A stretch of DNA of 56,823 nucleotides, the filler included, from Sphacelaria rigidula (taxonomy: Eukaryota), in the NCBI GenBank assembly GCA_964200075.2. It is 6 parts of 6 records of this genome, joined end to end, with 100 filler letters (N's around TTAATTAATTAA, not from the genome) between each part and the next. Parts side by side here need not be neighbours in the genome. Positions count along the whole stretch, not along the records: positions 47,438 to 56,823 come from CAXNAA020008614.1; 5 more parts are not named here. One strand, written 5' to 3'. Within the stretch, counting starts at the first letter, position 1, and each line of letters begins with the position of its first letter. The position numbers were made by a program, and so were the translations under genes. Of this stretch, positions 48,871-56,823 are shown piece after piece. The notes beneath the pieces are model-generated. The model had not been told where the DNA came from. It saw only the letters and a program-made list of their open reading frames with translations, and did no database searches.

Positions 48871-51800
48871 ACACTCACTAACAACAAAAAGTGAGCTGGC
48901 CAAGGTCGAGTATCAGGCTATGTCTTGTCGAAAAACAAATCGTGTTTGGAAAAAGGGACTTTTGCGTGATAGAGCGCGCATTAACAACCCTCTCTCCAAC
49001 AAAATAAATTTCGTCTGTGATTATTGATCTGTGCGTGTGTTCTTTGGCGAGATCCGAAAGAAGTGAGAAAATAATCATTCGGGATGTTTGAAAAAACACA
49101 CCGCTTGTCGGCAAACCCGACTGCGTGCAGAGGAGCCTGCCGTGCAAGCATTCGACACGCAACTATAGAAAGACGCAGATCCCGCAAACAATCAAACCCT
49201 GCCCGCAAACAATCGAAATTTGACTGGACTGCTGATGGCGTGTCTCGATATGGCAGAGTAACTATCCCCGCAGTACCACGGAAGCTTCTGGAGGTGAATA
49301 CTATATGTCGATCAAGGTACATACGACCCCCGGGGGTCATCCGTGTTTGAAATCCGAAACCTATTACGTCGCGGGTGTTATTCTCCCGGCCCTGCCCGGT
49401 ACGCCAGATGATGGTTTGAAAAATGGCAAAGGCTGTGTATAGAAAAGGCAATTGAGCAGCTTCAACTATCCGAGCCACCTCCTCAACTTCCCCGTGAAAC
49501 CGGGCAGGCGATATTTGCGAGTTACCCGGCAATCATGGTTCTGTTGCATCCGACAACAAGTAAATGGTGTGATGTGTGTTCATGAGTTGTATAAAAGGAT
49601 GTCGACTCGGGTGTGCTATTGTGGGAGTGGTATACCGGAGATACGCACCGTCAATTTTCGGTACTGTACGCTCGGCTTCCCGGCCGTAAGCCCTGGTACC
49701 TCTTCTCCGAGTCGCGATGGTGTGCAAACGCACGGTACGCCATGGATATCATCACATTGTAACCATACAGCACTCACACATCCGGGCGTCACGTGCAAAC
49801 CGTTCGCGAACGGGAACGGTCCGGGGCATCTTCTGGGGAAATTGCGCATTCGACCGCACAGCTTCTTCTCATCGCGCGACAACGGAGCACCTCATCCCCT
49901 ACCCTTCCAACCCGTCTCTCCGATATCCTACTCCACCGCAATACACCCACGTCGCCACTCGCAAACTACTGCTCTCGCCCACACTGTTTTGCACTACCCC
50001 CTGTTGATTACCCTGTGCTCGATGAATACCCTGTGCTACTCCTCCTACACCCAGACTTTATCCTGCCTATGCCTTTCCCGTCAGGCCTTCTGGCATCCTA
50101 CTCTGTCGGCCGCCGCCGCCGATTGTGCGGTACCTGCACCAGCCCAGCCGGCAGATAGCCCACAGTGTCCTCGGGCTGTGCAGTACCTCATCTATGGCCA
50201 ATCGGCGTGTTTTCTGCCTTGCCCTTGGATTGTATAGTGCATCAGCACGATACAGACGGAATGCTACCTGTAACTACCATTTCAGGCGACAGTATCAGGT
50301 TAGACCAGCCGGGAAATTCGATGCTACAGAGTCGGTTGCCGGCTGATATTCCGGCTATCTCACCTCCTGGGCATCCATTTTTGGCGGCCTTCTCATCGCT
50401 TTCAAGCGATCTCTCCTACGATGTAGCTGCATCATGTCGCCGTCCCCCCCGAACTTTACGCCCATCCAACGAAGGTCGCACGTGCCGTGGGAGACTTCCC
50501 GTGGCTATAGAGGAAGTGGACAGCAGCGGCAGGTCGTACAGCATGAGCATGGAGTTGTTCGTGTAAGGTTTTATTACATGATTTTCCGCCACGGTGCTGT
50601 AGCGAGAGACGCCGACGTCCGTGGAGCCATCCAGCGACACTCTTGCCTTTACGTTATCAAGTCCACCGAATCTGATACTCACTCACACGTGTCTCATCTC
50701 CATCATCGTGCTTTCCGTGACAGTGTCTCAACGACAGATAAAAGGCTGCAGCTGCGGGGTTCAATCTGGTTCCCATTCTACGGTAGAACTCCGAAGCTGC
50801 AAGATTGAGCGTCAGCACTGTCGGTATGACCCACTATCTAGAGTATGTATTGCATCATCACTGACAAGAAAAGCAGGCGAGCCAGTAGATCAACTTACCC
50901 TTCCTTATTTATTGACTGTGTTGTCGATGGGGTTAGCCTAACCCGACACGACTCACCCCAGACGGGTGGCGGTCGGGTGGAAGGGAATCGAAAGCAAAGC
51001 AAACGATTATCTTCCGAAATTTCACTTGAAGGATAGCTTTTGTATATACTTTGAAAATTTCGGAACATATGTTTTCGCATCATAAAGTCAGAGTGGAAGA
51101 ACTCCAGATTGGAAGCTTTTGAAAGCTCAGAGTGGGCGTTGAAACGTTCATAGCGGAAGCTGATGTGACGTGTCTTGACGTTATTTTTTTTTCTCACAGT
51201 GATTGGCCGCAGGTTGCCCTTCCAAATGTACAAATGACCAGCGTCCGGTTCGAAAATACACAGATCAGCACAGCTTTGACTGTACAATGAAATGGCGGGT
51301 CTGCGTTGTACCGTACCCTGCGGCACCGTACCGTGCCGTACACTACGCTTTACTGCACTTGCACTACTTCACTGCAATATGGTGCACTACAGGTCACTGC
51401 AGCGCTGTAGCGTTGTGCAGCGTAGAGTACAGACTGCAGTACAGACAGTGCAATGCAGATGCCCGAGACAGTACATTGCGGTACGGTGAACTACAGCGAT
51501 ACCGTTCAGTCAGTTGTACAGTAGCACAGTACAGTACGAAGCACTTCTGAACAACAGACAAGGCCGTATTACAACGATTTTCCTACATGCCACCCATAAC
51601 GGTGGCGCAAGACTTCATGGCCTGTGAGGGAATGGCAATGCAGTAATGTGTAGTACTACTTGTGCGATCTAGACTCCGAATCTTTCACACAGTCTGCTTC
51701 CAGCTGAGGCTGGCAAGAGTGGGGAACTGCACCCAAGGCAACGTTGTGTACCCGCTGAGCATTCAATTTTTACGCGATACAACCAAGCGAATGCTGATAC

Positions 51801-52609
51801 CATGGCGGCGTCCGAGAGTTCTTCTAATTGCAATGCCAAGCGTTGCTACTTCGTGAATGGTCCATTTTGATGAGCATGGCAGTTTTGTTGGATGTCCCAC
51901 TTTGCTTGTCAGAGTGTATTGATTGCGGACTGGCTGTGGCCATGGTGGTGAAGTTTGGGGTGGCTGAGAGGCACATCGCTTTTCATAGTGGAAATTTTCA
52001 AATGGGACTGTCACTGTCGAAAATTCGCTCTGGAAAACTTTTGATTGTGAAACGTGCGCCGTTACTGGCTATTTTCCTCTTCACTCTGACTCTAAGGTGC
52101 GAAAAATCATTATCCGGACCTTTCCGTTGTGCTCGTATGTTGAGCTGATCGTGTGAGCATTAACACACATACGTGTGACCTGAGCACGACAATTCTAAGG
52201 ACCTTCAGAGTCAAGCATTGGTCTCCTTGTACAATCGCCGCGCCGTGATGCAGTGACGGTAGCAGCTCTCGGCTTATTACAAAAAATGTCGCCGGTTCCC
52301 CTCTGCCTCTTGAAGCGCTTGAATTGTAAGAACACCACAGTTCACGAATCTGTTTGTCGCCAAGAACCTGTGATAGCGGTCCACCCACTTTTCCTTTTGA
52401 CACGATTTTTCGTTGCACTTGCTCCTCAATTATTCCAGGCCATTGCTGTTCTGGTCAGCTGGTACATACGCTCAGGTGTGTGGCGGTGTGGATTGTAGCA
52501 GCAGCGAGGCTCCCCATGCTGTGATCTTGGTACAGCCGTGGAAGGATGCCTACTCTATGTGCCCGCAGGGGTTCTCCGACGAAGGCACAGCGCGGCGGCT
52601 AGGTAGAAA

Positions 52610-54946
52610 GTGGAGTTTTGCTCCACACACGCTCGGGCTGGCATGGTGCATGTGAAGAGAAAGAGATGTGGCAAGGAGGACTGCTCCACAAGGCCGCCAT
52701 TCGGTGTAGCGGGTAGCGGAGAGACGGAGTTTGGCTCCACACACGCTCGGGCTGGCATGGTCAGTGCGAAAAAGAAGAGGTGCAGCGAGGAGGGCTGCTT
52801 CACATGGCCGTCGTTTGGTGTGGCGGGTAGCGGAAAGGCGATGTTCTGCGCCACACACGCTCTGGCTGGCATGGTCGATGTGAGAAGCGAGAGGTGTGGC
52901 GAGGTTGGGTGCTCCACAAGGCCGTTATTGGGTGTAGCGGGTAGCCGGAAGGCGGAGTTTTGCGCCACACACGCTCGGGCTGGCATGGTCGATGTGAGCA
53001 GCAAGAGGTGTGGCGAGGTTGGGTGCTCCTCAAGGCCGTTATTCGGTGTAGCGAGTAGCGGCAAGGCGGAGTTCTGCGCCATACACGCTCGGGCTGGTAT
53101 GGTCCATGTGGAAAGTAAGAGGTGTGGCGTGGTTGAGTGCTCCGCAAATCCGTCATTCGGTGTAGCGGGTAGCGTGGAGGCGGAGTTCTGCGCCAGACAC
53201 GCTCGGGTTGGCATGATCGATGTGGAAAGCAAGAGGTGCGGCGAGGAGGGCTGCTCCACCAACCTATCATTCGGTGTAGCGGATAGTGGGAAGGCGGAGT
53301 TCTGCGCCAAACATACACGGACTGGCATGGTCAGTGTGAAAAACAAGAAGTGCGGCGAGGAGGGCTGCTCCACATGGCCATTGTTCGGTGTAGCGGGGAG
53401 CCGGAAGGCGGAGTTCTGCGCCACGCACGCTCGGGTTGGTATGGTCAATGTGAAAAACAAGAGGTGCGGCGAGGAGGGCTGCCCCACATGGCCATTGTTC
53501 GGTGTAGCGGGTAGCGGTAAGGCGGAGTTCTGCGCCACGCACGCTCGGGCTGGCATGGTCGATATGAAGACCAAGAGGTGCGGCCAGGAGGGCTGCTCCA
53601 CAAGGCCGTCATTCGGTGTAGCGGGTAGCCGGAAGGCGGAGTTCTGCGCCAGACACGTTCGGGCTGGCATGGTCCATGTGAGAAGCAAGAGGTGTGGCGA
53701 GGTTGGGTGCTTCACAAGGCCGTCATTCGGTGTAGCGGGTAGCGGGAAGGCGGAGTTCTGCGCCAGACACGCTCGGGTTGGCATGGTCGATGTGGAAAGC
53801 AAGAGGTGCGGCGAGGAGGGCTGCTGCACATCGCCGTCATTCGGTGTAGCAGGTAGCCGGAAGGCGGAGTTCTGCGCTACGCACGCTCTGGCTGGCATGG
53901 TCAATGTGAAAAGCAAGAGGTGCGGCGAGGAGGGCTGCTCCACAAATCCGTCATTCGGTGTAGCGGGTAGCCGGAAGGCGGAGTTCTGCGCCAAACACAC
54001 ACGGGCTGGCATGGTCGATGTGATAAACAAGAAGTGCGGCGAGGAGGGCTGCTCCACATGGCCATGGTTTGGTGTAGCGGGTAGCGGGAAGGTGGAGTTC
54101 TGCGCCATGCACGCTCGGGCTGGCATGGTCGATGTGAAAAGCAAGAGGTGCAGTCGGGAGGGCTGCTCCACAAGGCCGTCATTCGGTGTAGCGGGTAGCG
54201 GGAAGGCGGAGTTCTGCGCCAGACACGTTCGGGCTGGCATGGTCGATGTGAGAAGCAAGAGGTGCGGCGAGGAGGGCTGCTCCACATGGCTGTCGTTTGG
54301 TATAGCGGGTAGCCGGAAGGCGGAGTTTTGCGCCAGACACGCTCGGGCTGGCATAGTCGATGTGAAAAATAAGAGGTGCGGCGAGGATGGTATAGACTCC
54401 ACACCCTCGCCGCCGACCGCCTCGGGACAGGCCACCAGCGCTGCGGCAGCAGATGAGGTTCCGCCAGATAGGGCACCGAGGCGTATGAAAGTGAAAATGG
54501 AGATGACTCTGCCCGACGCGCGTGTTTCTGAACAGATAACGAGCAACGAACTAGCTGCTGCACGATCGAGCCTTCATTGTGGCGTGGTCAACGGCAATTC
54601 CAGCAGCATCGAAGACCCGAGCTTCGGTAGCAGCATCGCTAGTGGAAGGAGGAGCGCCAAGCGGCTACGTGGAGTAGCGCCGGTGGAAGTGGCATTTGGT
54701 GCGGCAACGTCGGCTGATGTGATGTCTATGGAGGAGGGCGACGATATGAAGTTTGATTTGGGGGTGTCCACTTTTGCACCTTCTGGTCACCAGCTACGTG
54801 GAGTAGCGCCGGTGGAAGTGGCATTTGGTGCGGCAACGTCGGCTGATGTGATGTCTATGAAGGAGGGCGACGATATGAAATTTGAGTTGGGGGTGTCCAC
54901 CTTTGCACCTTCTGGTCACATTTCCGCGATGGTATCCAGCGGATAA
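52610..54946 (+). CDS. EsV-1-7 cysteine-rich repeat protein (15 full 38-aa repeats plus a low-complexity C-terminus). First in-frame ATG is at 52643
   Basis: The unit GMVDVKSKRCGEEGCSTRPSFGVAGSRKAEFCARHARA (C-x4-C-x16-C-x2-H) is the EsV-1-7 motif known from Ectocarpus and its virus. The frame is uninterrupted for 2.3 kb. Confidence 0.92.
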   Translation: MEFCSTHARAGMVHVKRKRCGKEDCSTRPPFGVAGSGETEFGSTHARAGMVSAKKKRCSEEGCFTWPSFGVAGSGKAMFCATHALAGMVDVRSERCGEVGCSTRPLLGVAGSRKAEFCATHARAGMVDVSSKRCGEVGCSSRPLFGVASSGKAEFCAIHARAGMVHVESKRCGVVECSANPSFGVAGSVEAEFCARHARVGMIDVESKRCGEEGCSTNLSFGVADSGKAEFCAKHTRTGMVSVKNKKCGEEGCSTWPLFGVAGSRKAEFCATHARVGMVNVKNKRCGEEGCPTWPLFGVAGSGKAEFCATHARAGMVDMKTKRCGQEGCSTRPSFGVAGSRKAEFCARHVRAGMVHVRSKRCGEVGCFTRPSFGVAGSGKAEFCARHARVGMVDVESKRCGEEGCCTSPSFGVAGSRKAEFCATHALAGMVNVKSKRCGEEGCSTNPSFGVAGSRKAEFCAKHTRAGMVDVINKKCGEEGCSTWPWFGVAGSGKVEFCAMHARAGMVDVKSKRCSREGCSTRPSFGVAGSGKAEFCARHVRAGMVDVRSKRCGEEGCSTWLSFGIAGSRKAEFCARHARAGIVDVKNKRCGEDGIDSTPSPPTASGQATSAAAADEVPPDRAPRRMKVKMEMTLPDARVSEQITSNELAAARSSLHCGVVNGNSSSIEDPSFGSSIASGRRSAKRLRGVAPVEVAFGAATSADVMSMEEGDDMKFDLGVSTFAPSGHQLRGVAPVEVAFGAATSADVMSMKEGDDMKFELGVSTFAPSGHISAMVSSG
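52612..54388 (+). repeat. Coding minisatellite, 114-bp unit x ~15.5
   Basis: ggcatggtc...gagttctgcgcc recurs every 114 bp with no indels. Confidence 0.95.
54664..54919 (+). repeat. 129-bp (43-aa) in-frame tandem duplication
   Basis: gctacgtggagtagcgccgg...ccttctggtcac starts at 54664 and again at 54793, with only a few substitutions. Confidence 0.92.
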
Positions 54947-55683
54947 AAGAAGTAGCTTTATGAATCCATCTGTACATATGGGTTTGCCAGCTCACGTTGG
55001 CTTGGGGCTGTTGGGTGACATTTCGCCGTATTTGTGCGGGTCTACACGACCATAAAACATGAAAAACAAGTCGGTTAGTCCGGGCTGTATGTTGTTGCTC
55101 TGTTGGGTGACGGGTGGGGGGGACGGGGACGCCGAATAATCGCTCACGCATCATTGTGTTTTGGAATATTTTATTCTCTGCACAGTATCCTGGTCCTTTC
55201 CACATCGTTCCTCGTACTTCCAAGCTCATCCGGCTTGTTTTTTCTAGCACTCCCATCGCTTTTGCACGGCAATGTGCAGGAGTGGTGCCGTCGTAGCCGC
55301 TGCGTTGCTCGCATGACCATCCCGTTCTTCCCAGTACACACGGTCGGGGTCTTGATGTTCCTGGCGGCACAAGTGCGCGTCGGCAAGACGACGAGTGGAG
55401 TGGCGTTGAATATGCCAAGCGCTTGATAATATCAACATGGATAAAACAATGTTTTGGTGAGATTTAGGTTAATAGACCGGGTTGAGAGTCAACAATTCAT
55501 TCAAAAGACGGTCACATGCACATTTCAAATTGTTGCACGACACGTTGATGTTTGGCATAATAAGAGGCTAGTTGACCCATAGACCGCAAGGGTAGGTCCC
55601 CTGAGCTGAATCGCCGTCGCTTCTCACTTGAAAAAAGTGGAGGTGATCCATATTAACTACCCGCACCGCGGTCTAAGGATCAG

Positions 55684-55976
55684 CCGTCGTTGAGCTACGT
55701 TTTAGAATGGTTTACACAATTTTACAAGTATCGCTGGCCCTAACCATAACCCCAACCCAACGCATACCGAGAACTCTCGGGCAAGGGCGGCACACACACT
55801 CCCTAGGCAAAGTGCGGCCTTGGTAGACCCCTAATCGGCGCCCGTGGCGCCGATTCCAACGAAAACGCGTTTTGTGCAGGCGAGGAGCACACGGGACTGT
55901 CAGCCTCACTAACTTCCGATCCTCGTCGTTTACAACCAAGTAATATCAACCATTCTGAAACGTAGCCCAACGCCGG
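55684..55976. mobile_element. MITE, same family as 11052-11351
   Basis: TIR ccgtcgttgagctacgttttagaatggtt / aaccattctgaaacgtagcccaacgccgg, with a shared interior. Confidence 0.85.
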
Positions 55977-56823
55977 TAAAGTCTACTGGATCGACGTGTC
56001 ATTATTCCAATTTCAAATTGGTTGTTGTCTCAGGCTATTCCAGATTCGGCATTGGATTTCTGTAACAGAAACCACTCTCGTTTTTTTCGGAACACTTTTT
56101 AAAAAACGAGGAAAACTTTTTGAAAAACTGCTCGAACCATGACGCCATTATATGGAGTACAGGCTAGTACACTCAAAACAAAATACTTTTGCAGTGGTAT
56201 ATGGACTACATAATACTACTCTAAACGCAGAAGGAAAGAGGCGGATGCCCGCAACAGCAGCGCCCCAAAGTGGAGATGACTGACGAGTCCCGGAAACGCA
56301 GCGCATACTACTGACGGCCTGGAGCGGAAGGAGAAGGAGGAAGATATCGTTGATCGGAAGTGGGGATGGGGTTATGGGCAGAGACGATCGGCTGCGTACC
56401 ATTAGTCGGGGTGAGCCGTACACTGTGTCTGTGTACTGTGCAGGCTATTCAAGTGGCAGCACGAGTAGCGGGAGTGGTCCCGTATCGCATCACTTGTCAA
56501 CTGTTCAGAGCACTATAGGCCCTGTACAGTAGTACTTCTTTACTGCTGTCGTCTGTTGCCCGCTGTACGTAGTGTACAGTCCGCACAGCAGACAGCAGAC
56601 AACGGTACTTGTAGTACGATGATGGTGTGATTTCACAAGTTTCCCTACTTGCGGGTATACGGCCGTGTAAAGTACTCAGAGCATCCAGATGTCGTTATCT
56701 GCCTGGATGCATTGTGTTCCTGCGCATGGGCTGCGGCGGGTGTGAACGGTTGTCATTACGCAATGCACACTCTCATGTCAGGATTACACTTGAACACCCA
56801 GCTAATATAATGTTTTCCATGCC

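Noticed and set aside
49452-50237. 261-aa ORF and a Pro/Tyr-rich stretch
   Set aside because: No ATG start in the ORF call, no family motif and no supported splice structure.
52555-54546. 663-aa antisense ORF (and the 172/220-aa ORFs) over the EsV-1-7 array
   Set aside because: Shadow frames of a stop-poor 114-bp repeat. The plus frame carries the recognisable motif.
52610-54946. Endogenous phaeovirus segment
   Set aside because: EsV-1-7 proteins are a large host family. The flanks are gene-poor and contain host repeats, and there are no viral core genes.
19536-54946. Regulatory gene cluster (sigma factor, HSF, EsV-1-7)
   Set aside because: The genes lie on different, artificially joined contigs.

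Overview
Eukaryotic nuclear DNA, most likely from a brown alga (Phaeophyceae). This is inferred from an EsV-1-7 repeat protein, an intron-rich nuclear gene for a plastid sigma factor, and a Pmp/adhesin-like gene. The window is not contiguous. It is six contigs of 9389, 9388, 9387, 9387, 9386 and 9386 bp, joined by identical 100-bp N44-TTAATTAATTAA-N44 linkers, which looks like a length-sorted concatenation. Contig 1: a 43-bp hairpin tandem repeat and two nested, defective Ty1/copia elements. Contig 2: a SINE, a MITE and a decayed LINE. Contig 3: six exons of a sigma-70 factor gene (minus strand). Contig 4: a tandem and palindromic cluster of a small element whose terminal inverted repeats are tRNA-like, plus a spliced HSF-type transcription factor gene. 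Contig 5: a spliced Pmp-like beta-helix protein gene with a GC-AG intron. Contig 6: a single-exon array of 15 near-identical 38-aa EsV-1-7 (C-x4-C-x16-C-x2-H) repeats whose variation is concentrated at a few positions, one of which takes four states (R/W/N/S). This array is the best candidate for an undescribed modular recognition code. All calls were made by eye; no searches were run.
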